Part shown: positions 10,082-22,854 of the stretch, one piece after another
Layout of the letters: the number at the start of each line of letters is the position of its first letter
How positions within the stretch are numbered: position 1 is the first letter of the stretch
The notes under the pieces: generated by a model
What the model was told of the DNA's origin: nothing
The model's input: the letters and a program-made list of their open reading frames with translations, nothing else
Databases searched by the model: none
Position numbers and translations under genes: made by a program
Virus genome (UHGV): UHGV-0299912
From: a virus
Reading direction: 5' to 3' (one strand)
DNA: 34,856 bases

Positions 10082-11213
10082 ACCCCGATCTCACAAAATC
10101 TCTATACCCAATTTATATTGCAAATTAGATAAGCGAACCGGAAAGGTATATTGGCAATACAAACATCCACTATCCGGTCGTTTTCATAGCTTAGGAACTG
10201 ATGAGAATGAAGCAAAACAAGTTGCTACTGAAGCAAATACCATTATTGCTGAACAACGTACCCGACAAATATTAAGCGTCAATGAGCGTCTGGAAAGAAT
10301 GAAAGGCAGGCGCTCAGACATTACGGTGACAGAATGGCTTGATAAATATATTTCTATCCAGGAGGACAGGCTGCAACATAATGAACTAAGACCCAACTCC
10401 TATCGGCAAAAAGGCAAACCCATTCGTCTTTTCCGTGAGCATTGTGGAATGCAACACCTCAAGGATATTACCGCACTTGATATTGCCGAAATGATTGATG
10501 CTGTAAAGGCTGAAGGTCATAACAGGATGGCGCAAGTCGTGAGAATGGTGTTAATCGACGTCTTCAAAGAAGCACAACACGCAGGACATGTTCCGCCAGG
10601 ATTTAACCCAGCGCAGGCAACAAAACAACCGCGAAATCGAGTAAACCGCCAAAGATTATCACTGCCCGAATGGCAGGCAATATTTGACAGCGTAAGCAGA
10701 CGGCAGCCCTATTTAAAATGCGGGATGCTACTTGCTCTTGTCACTGGACAACGTTTAGGCGATATCTGCAATTTGAAATTCTCTGATATCTGGGACGACA
10801 TGTTGCACATTACTCAGGAAAAAACCGGTTCAAAACTTGCTATTCCGCTTAACCTGAAATGCGATGCTCTGAATATTACCCTTCGTGAAGTTATATCTCA
10901 GTGCAGGGATGCTGTTGTTAGTAAATATCTGGTCCATTACCGTCACACAACCTCTCAAGCAAACAGAGGAGACCAGGTTTCTGCGAATACTCTGACAACG
11001 GCTTTTAAAAAGGCCAGGGAAAAATGTGGCATAAAATGGGAGCAAGGAACTGCGCCCACATTTCATGAGCAGCGATCTCTGTCAGAACGGTTATATCGGG
11101 AACAGGGTCTGGATACGCAAAAGTTGTTAGGCCATAAATCCAGAAAAATGACCGACCGATACAATGATGATCGTGGTAAAGACTGGATTATCGTAGATAT
11201 CAAAACAGCATAG
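10071..11213 (+). CDS. int: Tyrosine site-specific integrase
   Basis: 380-aa ORF with a tyrosine-recombinase C-terminal catalytic region (R...HxxR...Y context: LGHKSRKMTDRY). Adjacent to xis and the icd 3' fragment. Confidence 0.93.
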   Translation: MAARPRSHKISIPNLYCKLDKRTGKVYWQYKHPLSGRFHSLGTDENEAKQVATEANTIIAEQRTRQILSVNERLERMKGRRSDITVTEWLDKYISIQEDRLQHNELRPNSYRQKGKPIRLFREHCGMQHLKDITALDIAEMIDAVKAEGHNRMAQVVRMVLIDVFKEAQHAGHVPPGFNPAQATKQPRNRVNRQRLSLPEWQAIFDSVSRRQPYLKCGMLLALVTGQRLGDICNLKFSDIWDDMLHITQEKTGSKLAIPLNLKCDALNITLREVISQCRDAVVSKYLVHYRHTTSQANRGDQVSANTLTTAFKKAREKCGIKWEQGTAPTFHEQRSLSERLYREQGLDTQKLLGHKSRKMTDRYNDDRGKDWIIVDIKTA

Positions 11214-11223
11214 AAAACAGCCA

Positions 11224-11260
11224 GTTTTGGGGAAGGGTTTTGGGGAAAGTTTTGGGGAAG
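11224..11260. repeat. Three tandem 12-bp direct repeats GTTTTGGGGAAG / GTTTTGGGGAAA / GTTTTGGGGAAG
   Basis: Copies at 11224..11235, 11237..11248 and 11249..11260, 11 bp after the int stop and between int and the icd fragment. Candidate arm-type Int binding sites. Confidence 0.7.
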
Positions 11261-11280
11261 ATTTTACATCATCATAAAAC

Positions 11281-11303
11281 AACGGGCGTGTTATACGCCC
11301 GTT
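11281..11303. terminator. Bidirectional hairpin terminator between int and the icd fragment
   Basis: Perfect 9-bp stem AACGGGCGT / ACGCCCGTT with loop GTTAT. T-rich 3' flank on the plus strand (TTAAATATTT) and TTTT on the minus strand. Confidence 0.6.
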
Positions 11304-11326
11304 TAAATATTTAACACATGTAGTGA

Positions 11327-11494
11327 TTACATATTCTTGATGATCGCATCACCAAACTCTGAACATTTCAGCAGTTTAGCGCCTTCCATCAGACGTTCGA
11401 AGTCATAGGTTACGGTCTTGGCATTGATTGCGCCTTCCATACCTTTAACAATCAGGTCTGCGGCTTCGGTCCAACCCATGTGGCGCAGCAGCAT
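11327..11494 (-). pseudogene. icd: 3'-terminal fragment of isocitrate dehydrogenase gene icd (phage-borne att homology, e14 type)
   Basis: Minus-strand translation ...[55 protein letters not shown] is the Icd C-terminus as I recall it. Homology stops at ~11494, where the sitC sequence begins; there is no icd 5' region. Confidence 0.85.
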
Positions 11495-11496
11495 AT

Positions 11497-12180
11497 ATGC
11501 TGGGGCTTCCGTTTTCTCTGGGAGCCTTCTTTTCCGGCGGACTGGCTGCGGGCAGCATGCTGTTTCTTAACCAACGCACCCGCTTAAAAGAAGATGCCAT
11601 CATCGGCCTGATCTTCTCGTCCTTTTTTGGCCTGGGGCTGTTTATGGTGTCATTGAACCCGACATCTGTGAACATTCAGACCATCGTCCTGGGCAATATT
11701 CTGGCAATCGATCCGGCGGATATCCTGCAACTCACTATCATTGGCATTCTCTCGATCATCGTGCTTTTTTTCAAATGGAAAGATCTTATGGTGACCTTTT
11801 TCGACGAGAATCACGCCCGTGCTATTGGATTGCATCCGGGCAGATTAAAACTCCTCTTCTTCACCCTGCTGTCGGTTTCGACCGTTGCGGCGCTGCAAAC
11901 GGTTGGTGCCTTTCTGGTGATCTGTCTGGTGGTGACTCCCGGAGCAACAGCATGGTTGTTAACCGATCGTTTTCCCCGCCTGCTCATGATTGCTGTAACT
12001 ATTGGCAGTGTAACCAGTTTCCTCGGCGCGTGGGTCAGTTACTTTCTGGACGGCGCGACAGGTGGAATCATCGTGGTGGCGCAGACACTGCTGTTTCTTT
12101 TAGCATTTGTCTTTGCGCCCACCCATGGGCTTTTGGCAAATCGTCGGCGTGCGCATAAGGCGCTGGAGGATCGCTCATGA
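11497..12180 (+). pseudogene. sitC: 5'-truncated sitC (Mn/Fe ABC transporter permease)
   Basis: 227-aa frame matching the SitC/MntC/YfeC permease family from about residue 60 onward. The N-terminal ~60 codons, sitA and sitB are absent. Overlaps the sitD start (ATGA). Confidence 0.85.
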
Positions 12181-13034
12181 TGGCATTATTACTGGAGCCA
12201 CTGCAGTTCACCTTTATGAGTCACGCACTGCTGATTTCACTGGTAGTTTCCATACCCTGTGCGCTGCTGTCGGTCTTTCTGGTCCTGAAAGGCTGGGCAC
12301 TGATGGGTGACGCGATGAGTCATGCGGTTTTTCCTGGCATCGTGCTTGCCTGGATTCTGGGGTTACCTTTGGCTACAGGGGCATTCGTCGCCGGAGTATT
12401 CTGCGCGGTGGCGACGGGATACCTGAAAGACAACAGCCGAATCAAGCAAGATACAGTGATGGGGATTGTTTTTTCTGGCATGTTTGCCGCAGGTCTGATT
12501 TTGTATATTGCAGTCAAACCAGACGTACATCTTGACCATATTCTTTTCGGCGACATGCTCGGGATAACCATCGGCGATATAATCCAGACGGTGATTATTG
12601 CTGGGCTGGTTACACTTGTTATTAGCGTAAAATGGCGAGATTTTTTGCTGTTCAGCTTTGATTATCAACAGGCGCAGGTAAGCGGTTTGCATACGAGATG
12701 GCTGCATTATGGGCTGCTGTGCATGGTCTCTCTGACCATTGTGGCGACGCTGAAAGCGGTAGGTATTATTCTCTCCATTTCTCTGCTCATTGCGCCTGGC
12801 GCCATTGCGGTACTCCTGACACAACGCTTTTATATTGCGCTCCTACTGGCGACTGGCATATCGGTAATAGTGTCAATGATCGGTGTCTGGCTGTCCTTTT
12901 TTATCGACAGCGCACCAGCTCCGACGATTGTCGTCTTATTCGCGGTCGCGTTCATCATGACGTTTACCGTTACCAGCATCAACGCACGCACAAAGGGAAA
13001 CGCCCATACACAGGATCTGTTATCACCCAATTAG
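12177..13034 (+). CDS. sitD: SitD (Mn/Fe ABC transporter permease)
   Basis: 285-aa polytopic membrane protein of the ABC-3 permease family, immediately downstream of sitC. Confidence 0.88.
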   Translation: MMALLLEPLQFTFMSHALLISLVVSIPCALLSVFLVLKGWALMGDAMSHAVFPGIVLAWILGLPLATGAFVAGVFCAVATGYLKDNSRIKQDTVMGIVFSGMFAAGLILYIAVKPDVHLDHILFGDMLGITIGDIIQTVIIAGLVTLVISVKWRDFLLFSFDYQQAQVSGLHTRWLHYGLLCMVSLTIVATLKAVGIILSISLLIAPGAIAVLLTQRFYIALLLATGISVIVSMIGVWLSFFIDSAPAPTIVVLFAVAFIMTFTVTSINARTKGNAHTQDLLSPN

Positions 13035-13696
13035 CACAACATCCGAGGACATCATCGTCCGCCAGCCTACAGCAGTCCGGAAAGTCATGGAAGGTCGTTG
13101 GGAGGAGGTACGAATTCTATCATGCAAAAAATACGTAAAATCGATAATAGCTGGAAATAATTCAATACATGCACTCTCGAAAGTGCATCAGCCAACCGTG
13201 GCACGTTTTTGCATACAACGAGCCACGGTTCTCTTTACGATTTATAGCTGTATTGGTGAACTATGAGCAATTTTCGCGTTATATTCCAATCTTTAATCTC
13301 TTAACGGAACAAGTTGCATGCATGACTATATCAAGACAACTTATAACTACCAAAACATTTGCTTTGCAAGCAAAAACGGGGACCATTAACTCTAAGAAAA
13401 ATCCGATCTATTGTTAGGATTATTAAAGTTACTTAACAGTATTCCGAAATGAAAATACAAAGTAAGCTGATTGTCTTATTAAACATTATCATTGCATTTA
13501 TACTATTTGAGCTTTTAGATCAAAAATTCGGTTTGAGTACATTATTTTAAAGCAAGATAAATAATATCGGGCACTCTAGTTTTTATAATTAACAATTAAA
13601 CGCCCATAAAATGTTATTTACGTTTCTTCGCTATTGTAATATCTTAATATAGTGGTTTACGCCACTCTACTTTCATCATATTTTGTACGTTTATGT

Positions 13697-13725
13697 AATC
13701 GCCATGAAACTCTTTCATGGCGATT
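13697..13725. other. Perfect 13-bp stem, 3-nt loop hairpin (AATCGCCATGAAA-CTC-TTTCATGGCGATT) in the AT-rich spacer
   Basis: Seen directly; the plus-strand 3' flank is T-rich (TCTTATTCTT). Possible terminator or regulatory structure. Confidence 0.4.
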
Positions 13726-13814
13726 TCTTATTCTTAATCCAAGAACATAGTCCCTATCTATAGCAAAATTACTTTTGAACAAAAGAATAACGTATTTAGG
13801 TAATCATTACGAAT

Positions 13815-14396
13815 TTACCCTATAGGTGCTACTGGCCACTCAATATCCGGTACTACTGATGTATCAACACGGTTCAGCAACACCCGATACTTTTTCCAGG
13901 CTTCCAGCAACAAGGTTTCTTCCTCCGTTGCGATCTCCAGATCTACAGCATCCTGAAGCGGCGCTATATGCTCACTGGCTACCTGCATCAGGCTGTTTTT
14001 TGTTTCTTCCGCCTCCCGGATCCGGAACAGTTTTTCTGCTTCCGTATCCTTCACCCAGGCTGTACCGTTCCACTTCTGAAACTCCCCTTCCGGGGATAAC
14101 CAGGTGACATTTTCCGGTAATGAGCCGAGTTCAGAAATAAATAACGCGTCGCCGGAAGCCACGTCATAGACCGTTTTTCCCCGATGGTCTTCAACGAGAT
14201 GCCACGATGCCTCATCACTGTTGAAAACAGCCACAAAGCCAGCCGGAATATCTGGCGGTGCAATATCGGTACTGTTTGCAGGCAGACCTGTATGAGGCGG
14301 AATATATGCGTCACCTTCACCAATAAATTCATTAGTTCCGGCCAGCAGGTTATAAATTTTTATGGTCCGTGCTTGTTCACTCATTCTGAATGCCAT
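13815..14396 (-). CDS. tfa: Tail fiber assembly protein
   Basis: 193-aa ORF directly downstream of stf, with TAATG stop/start overlap; recognised as the lambda/Rac Tfa family. Confidence 0.85.
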   Translation of the reverse strand: MAFRMSEQARTIKIYNLLAGTNEFIGEGDAYIPPHTGLPANSTDIAPPDIPAGFVAVFNSDEASWHLVEDHRGKTVYDVASGDALFISELGSLPENVTWLSPEGEFQKWNGTAWVKDTEAEKLFRIREAEETKNSLMQVASEHIAPLQDAVDLEIATEEETLLLEAWKKYRVLLNRVDTSVVPDIEWPVAPIG

Positions 14397-17347
14397 TATG
14401 CGAGCCTCACAATATAGTTAAATGCGATGTTTTTGACGGTGTTTTCCGCGTTACCAGCAGCGTTAACGGTGATGGTGTGTCCATGTGAACCAATCGCAAC
14501 AGAGTGCGTATGAGCACCAATACCGACAGTATGCGCGTGTGCACCCGCAGATGCTGCTGTGCCGGACAGTGAGTGTGTATGGTTTCCTTCTGAAGATGAT
14601 TTACCTACCCATTGGGAGGTGCCACTGGTTAATGAGCCACTGATACCAACCTGATTAGTCCCGCTAACTTGAGTACTCCCTGCCGGAAACATTCCAGTAG
14701 GTTGACTCCCGCTATTCGTTCTGGGCCCAGTCTGACTATGTTGGTGGGCCCCAGCTGAACTTGTAGAGCCGCTCAGACTGTGCGTATGCGCCCCGGTGTT
14801 ATTCGTGGATTTAGTGCCGTAATCAAACGACGATGTGGTTTTCGTCCCCAAATCCGTACTGGATGCGCTGGCGCTGTGGGTGTGCGATTTTATGCCGTCC
14901 TGTTCCTGAGACAATACGGCCCGACCACTGGCAGGTTTGCCCTTAATCGTCCAGCCACGCATATCAGGGATCACGCCTGACGGATAAGCGGCTGCAAGTT
15001 TCGGGTATGCAGATTTGTCAAAAGTCTGCCCCTGCATCAGGGCATAACCAGACGGAACGGTATCTGATGGCCACGGGATTGGTGCACCGACTGGATAAAA
15101 CTCTGCAGGAGGATGAGCCGAGGTGTAAAGCTGCGCCCACGGCGACCAGTTTGCGTCGATCGTATCCCGTCGTGAACGAATAAATGCCGGAGCATGAGCA
15201 CCGCTTGTACCACTCCAGCCGATGAGTAACTCACCTTCGCCAACGGCTGTCATCCCTTTCAGGTGAATGATATTTCCATACGCTGTTGGATATCCGTTGT
15301 TATACACCTCGTATAACTCAAGACCTGTTGCCCCCTGCGTATTGTCTGTCAGCGCGGTTACCCGACCTTTTGAAGCCAGATTAACTGATGATACTGCTGT
15401 TCCACCTGACGGTAATGCCCCGATCTCTGATGCCGTTGGCTTATTTCTGGAGTTATAGTCCCTTCGCCAGCCAGGTGAATAATCTGTTCCGTGATTAATA
15501 TAGGTAAACTGGGCGTTAGTTGTTCCGCCACCAGTGGAGGTGGTCGGTGTGGTAATGCGGATCGTCATCGCTGACTTTATCCCCATTACTTCAATGACGG
15601 CTCCTGCGAGATGAATATTACCGCAGCCAGTATCAGTAATGATTTTATTATTGCCATAAGACCAGGAACCCTTGCACATCCAGTATGGATGGTTAAATGC
15701 TCCCTGAGAATCCAGCCACTCGATAAACTGTGCAGTCGTCCAGTTTCCTGTTGTTGTGCTTACTGACCCACCGAAGGCACGGCAGGCACCAATATTTTTC
15801 GTAAAGGTGTCTTTGCCAGGGATATCCGCACCGTTCTGATCTTTCTGCAGACGTTTCTCAGCATTGTCATTGGCTGCTTTTACTGCCTTTGGCGTTGCCG
15901 CCAGCGTTTCAGACGTGCTGTTGGTCGCACTGCTGAGCTGTACTATCCCCTTTTTCGTCGTGCTCGCATCCTCAAGCGCCACGGCGGATGCAATATCCTC
16001 TGCCCGTTTTGCTGCTGTCTCGGCGCGCGTTGCCGCGGATTCCGCCGTACTTTTGCTCTGAGCTGCCGCCGTCGCACTACCAGCTGCCTCTGTCGCCTTC
16101 GTGGATGCCGTCGTGGCGCTGCCTTTCGCTGCTGATGCCTGTCTGCTCGCCTCATCTTTTGAAGCAGACGCAGATGATGCCGATGACGCCGCCGAACTGG
16201 CGGACGATGCAGCTGCCATTTTTGAGGATTCTGCACTGGTTTCCGAGGCTTTCGCGTTCGTTTCGGATGTCTTCGCTGCGGATGCAGACCTCGCTGCTGC
16301 GCTGGCCTGTTCAGCGGCTTCGCCAGCCTTCGTTGTGGCTGTTGAAGCGGACAATGCAGCGCTTTCTGCCGATTTTCCGGCGGCAGTGGCTCTGGCTGAG
16401 GCCTGCCCGGCACTTGTTGACGCGGCACTGGCAGATGATGCAGCCGCTGTTTTTGAGCCTGCCGCAGCTGAGGCACTCTGTCCCGCTGCCGTTTCAGAAG
16501 ACCTGGCGTTCGTCTCGGACGTTTTTGCCGCCTTCGCGGAATTTGCTGCCGCCGTTGCCGAGGAAGCGGAACTACTGGCGCTCGAGGATGCGTTCGTTTC
16601 TGATGATTTCGCTGCCTCTTTTGAGGCCGCCGCATCCCGGGCTGAGGTGGCAGCTTCTGACGCTTTCGTGGTCGCGGTGGATGCAGAAGTGGCTGCTGAT
16701 TGTTGTGACGCTGCGGCATTCGTTTCTGACGTTTTCGCCGCACCGGCACTGGTAGCCGCCGCGCTTTTTGAGGACTCTGCAGCGGCAGCACTTTTTGATG
16801 CTTCAGTGGCCTTTGCTGATGCCGTTCCTGCGCTGGAAGACGCTGACTGAGCCGACGACACGGCCTGTCCGGCTGACGTGCTGGCTGCGCGTGCTGAGTC
16901 TGCAGCATCAGTCGCATGGGTTGCCGCCTCACGGGCTGATGTGCTGGCATCGCCGGCTGACTTCTTCGCGGCTGCCGTGTTCTGTGCCACTGCGGACGCG
17001 TTACGCGCCACCTCTTCCACCATCACTTCAAAACGGCGCAGTGCCTCCGGACGGGCATCATCCTCCGTCATGGCACCGAGAAAATCATTCAGCGTACCGG
17101 GTTGAGAATCTTCATACACGGTGATAGTCCCGGCATGTGACGGCGGGAATCCCTCCACCAACAGAATAACGCTGTACTGACCATACTCAACGTCCATACT
17201 GTAACGCCCGGCTTCATCCGGATTTTCTGAGGCCAGCGTGTTCACCACCACCGTGGTACTGTTACGTTTTGCTTTCAGCTGGATTGTGCAGTTCTGTACC
17301 GGTTTTCCTGTGCCGTCTTTCAGTACACCAGAAATCTTTACTGCCAT
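14396..17347 (-). CDS. stf: Side tail fiber protein (StfR-like)
   Basis: ORF-track frame 14396..17353. Start placed at ATG 17347 ([18 protein letters not shown]...). Long Ala/Ser/Thr-rich repeat region, and a C-terminal region with HTHS/GAHAH repeats ending [11 protein letters not shown], as I recall for Rac StfR. Confidence 0.88.
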   Translation of the reverse strand: MAVKISGVLKDGTGKPVQNCTIQLKAKRNSTTVVVNTLASENPDEAGRYSMDVEYGQYSVILLVEGFPPSHAGTITVYEDSQPGTLNDFLGAMTEDDARPEALRRFEVMVEEVARNASAVAQNTAAAKKSAGDASTSAREAATHATDAADSARAASTSAGQAVSSAQSASSSAGTASAKATEASKSAAAAESSKSAAATSAGAAKTSETNAAASQQSAATSASTATTKASEAATSARDAAASKEAAKSSETNASSSASSSASSATAAANSAKAAKTSETNARSSETAAGQSASAAAGSKTAAASSASAASTSAGQASARATAAGKSAESAALSASTATTKAGEAAEQASAAARSASAAKTSETNAKASETSAESSKMAAASSASSAASSASSASASKDEASRQASAAKGSATTASTKATEAAGSATAAAQSKSTAESAATRAETAAKRAEDIASAVALEDASTTKKGIVQLSSATNSTSETLAATPKAVKAANDNAEKRLQKDQNGADIPGKDTFTKNIGACRAFGGSVSTTTGNWTTAQFIEWLDSQGAFNHPYWMCKGSWSYGNNKIITDTGCGNIHLAGAVIEVMGIKSAMTIRITTPTTSTGGGTTNAQFTYINHGTDYSPGWRRDYNSRNKPTASEIGALPSGGTAVSSVNLASKGRVTALTDNTQGATGLELYEVYNNGYPTAYGNIIHLKGMTAVGEGELLIGWSGTSGAHAPAFIRSRRDTIDANWSPWAQLYTSAHPPAEFYPVGAPIPWPSDTVPSGYALMQGQTFDKSAYPKLAAAYPSGVIPDMRGWTIKGKPASGRAVLSQEQDGIKSHTHSASASSTDLGTKTTSSFDYGTKSTNNTGAHTHSLSGSTSSAGAHQHSQTGPRTNSGSQPTGMFPAGSTQVSGTNQVGISGSLTSGTSQWVGKSSSEGNHTHSLSGTAASAGAHAHTVGIGAHTHSVAIGSHGHTITVNAAGNAENTVKNIAFNYIVRLA

Positions 17348-17353
17348 ATTCAC

Positions 17354-17385
17354 CCCACAAAAAAGCCCGCCTGAACCGGCGGGCT
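17354..17385 (-). terminator. Rho-independent terminator downstream of lom
   Basis: Minus strand reads AGCCCGCC-GGTTCA-GGCGGGCT followed by TTTTTGTGGG. Confidence 0.7.
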
Positions 17386-17411
17386 GTCATAACACTGTGT
17401 TACCTGGCTAA

Positions 17412-18011
17412 TCAGAATTTATAACCGACACCCACGATGAAACCGTCAGTGCGCCAGTCGCCACTGCCGGAGCCTTCATAAGCAATATCAATGGCCACGG
17501 ATTCGGTCGGGTTAAACTGCACGCCAGCTCCCCACGCCAGAGACGTGTTGCTGTGGCGACCGTCATCACTTCCGGTCAGCACATCGTGCGTTTTCCCCTT
17601 GTTGTCAGTTACGCGGAGATAATCCCCGGAGAAAGTCGACACACGGCTGTAAGCCACACCCGCCATCGCATACGCGCTGAACCATTCATTCACGCGCACA
17701 GACGGCCCCGCCATTACGCTGAACCAGCGGTTACGAACGGAATCTTCATGCCAGCGGGTATCGCTGTAACGGGTAAGCTGGCGATTCTTGTCTCCTGCAT
17801 AGCTGAAAGACGTCACCATCCCCAGTGTGTCCGTAAACTCATAACGGTATTTCACGTTAATCCCGTTCAGATCATCGCTGCCGGGAACGTTCGTCGAGAC
17901 ATGAAGATACCCCGCGCTCAGCGTGGACTGATGTTCAGACGCCCATGCAGGCGCACCGGATACGGCCAGACAAATGGCTGCGGACAAAATGGCGGCATAA
18001 AGTTTACGCAT
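17412..18011 (-). CDS. lom: Lom outer-membrane protein (Ail/Lom family)
   Basis: ORF-track frame 17412..18050. Start placed at ATG 18011 ([24 protein letters not shown], a signal peptide) with a GAGAGG Shine-Dalgarno; beta-barrel protein ending in F. Confidence 0.88.
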   Translation of the reverse strand: MRKLYAAILSAAICLAVSGAPAWASEHQSTLSAGYLHVSTNVPGSDDLNGINVKYRYEFTDTLGMVTSFSYAGDKNRQLTRYSDTRWHEDSVRNRWFSVMAGPSVRVNEWFSAYAMAGVAYSRVSTFSGDYLRVTDNKGKTHDVLTGSDDGRHSNTSLAWGAGVQFNPTESVAIDIAYEGSGSGDWRTDGFIVGVGYKF

Positions 18012-18034
18012 AATTACCTCTCGCTTTTCTGCAA

Positions 18035-18060
18035 TAAAAAAAGGCGTCATTTCTGACGCC
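18035..18060 (-). terminator. Rho-independent terminator downstream of J
   Basis: Minus strand reads GGCGTCA-GAAA-TGACGCC followed by TTTTTTTATTG. Confidence 0.7.
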
Positions 18061-18078
18061 CGTTATGGGTTATAAAAT

Positions 18079-21480
<3,402 letters not shown>

Positions 21481-21537
21481 TCACGCTCCAGAAACGACAA
21501 AACCGCCCGCAGGCGGTTTCACATAAAACATTTTGCA

Positions 21538-22209
21538 TCAGCGACCAATCACCACAACCTGACCACCATCCCCTTCGTCTGCCGTGCTGATCTCCTGAGA
21601 AACCACACGTGACCCCACGCGCATTTCCCCGTACAGAACAGGCAGAACATTACCCTGGGCAACCATGTTATCCAGTGACGAGAAATACGTGTTCTGTTTG
21701 CCGTTATCTGTACTGGCTGCCGTGGGCGTCCTGGCTTTCGGTGCCAGCATCTGAGCCACACCGCCGAGCACCATACTGGCACCGAGAGAAAACAGAATGC
21801 CGGTCATACCACCGGCACCAATGGCAGCCCCCCATGCTGCAAGGGTGGCTCCGGCGGTAAAGAATGATCCGGCAATGGCGGCTGCTCCCAGGACAATCTG
21901 GAATACACCACCTGACTTGGCCCCGGCGACTCTGGGAACAATATGAATCACAGCGCCGTCAGGTAGAGCCTCATGTAACTGCGCCGTTAATCCGGACGTG
22001 CTGACATCCTGTCCGGCAATACGCACCTGATACCAGCCGTCGCTCAGTTTCTGACGAAACGCAGGGAGCTGTGTGGCCAGCGCCCGGATGGCTTCGGCCC
22101 CCGTTTTCACACGAAGGTCGATGCGGCGGCCAAATCGTTGCAAATCCCCGTAAAGGCAGATGCGTGCCATGCCCGGTGACGCCAGAGGGAGTGTGTGCGT
22201 CGCTGCCAT
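21538..22209 (-). CDS. I: Tail assembly protein I
   Basis: 223-aa ORF recognised as lambda I (MAATHTLPLASPGMARICLYGDLQRF...VVVIGR). Confidence 0.9.
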   Translation of the reverse strand: MAATHTLPLASPGMARICLYGDLQRFGRRIDLRVKTGAEAIRALATQLPAFRQKLSDGWYQVRIAGQDVSTSGLTAQLHEALPDGAVIHIVPRVAGAKSGGVFQIVLGAAAIAGSFFTAGATLAAWGAAIGAGGMTGILFSLGASMVLGGVAQMLAPKARTPTAASTDNGKQNTYFSSLDNMVAQGNVLPVLYGEMRVGSRVVSQEISTADEGDGGQVVVIGR

Positions 22210-22850
22210 TTGTCGGTATACCTCTCTCGTTTGCTCAGTTGTTCAGGAATATGGTGCAGCAGCTCGCCGTCACCACAGTAAATGGCGGCATGATTCGGCA
22301 CCGATGAACCAAAACAGCACAGCAGCACATCGCCCGGCTGCGCCGCTGACAACGGCACCTGATACAGCCCTGTGGCCTCCAGATTATCCAGATAGAGATT
22401 CTGACCGTTACGCCACCAGTCATCCTCGCGGTGAAAATCCGGCATCTCAATCCCCGCCAGATGGTAAGCATCCCGGAACAGCGTGTAACAGTCCGTCACC
22501 CCGTGCTCAAAGCGCCGCCCGGTAAGATGCGGCACACAGCGGAACTTGTGAATCGCCCCCCGGCAGACCAGCCACCACGGCAAATCACTCTGCACCTGCA
22601 GCCGCCGGTCAGCCTCACTCAGCCAGGGCAGACCACCGGGATGACTGTGGACCAGCGCCACAATCTCACCCTGCATTTCTGCCTGCAGCCAGTCCTCCGG
22701 AGCCATCCGGAAATAATCCTCCGGCTCACCGGAAATATTCACGCAGGGAAAATATCTTTCCCCCTCCAGCGTTCTCACCACGAAGCCGCACGACTCCGCT
22801 GGCGCACATCGCCGGGCGTGCGCCAGAATCGCTGATTCTGTCTCTGTCAT
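22107..22850 (-). CDS. K: Tail assembly protein K (JAB/MPN plus NlpC/P60-like)
   Basis: ORF-track frame 22107..22925. Start placed at ATG 22850 (MTETESAILAHARRC...), 4 nt after the L stop. HSHPGG JAMM-like motif. An internal ATG at 22706 would give the 199-aa form I recall being annotated for lambda. Confidence 0.8.
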   Translation of the reverse strand: MTETESAILAHARRCAPAESCGFVVRTLEGERYFPCVNISGEPEDYFRMAPEDWLQAEMQGEIVALVHSHPGGLPWLSEADRRLQVQSDLPWWLVCRGAIHKFRCVPHLTGRRFEHGVTDCYTLFRDAYHLAGIEMPDFHREDDWWRNGQNLYLDNLEATGLYQVPLSAAQPGDVLLCCFGSSVPNHAAIYCGDGELLHHIPEQLSKRERYTDKWQRRTHSLWRHRAWHASAFTGICNDLAAASTFV

Positions 22851-22854
22851 GGGA

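Noticed and set aside
11445-11675. 76-aa minus-strand ORF spanning the icd'/sitC' junction
   Set aside because: Out of frame with icd and antisense to sitC'; it is created by the junction and has no support.
13169-13417. 82-aa plus-strand ORF in the AT-rich spacer
   Set aside because: It overlaps hairpins, has low-complexity AT-driven codon usage and no ribosome-binding site. Retained only as part of the spacer finding.
15943-16950. 335-aa Arg/Pro/Gln-rich ORF (minus strand, alternate frame) and long plus-strand ORFs (15988..16755, 16101..16850, 16768..17124) inside stf
   Set aside because: These are artefacts of the repetitive Ala-codon-rich stf shaft region. They have extreme low-complexity composition, no start context, and are fully nested in a confidently identified gene.
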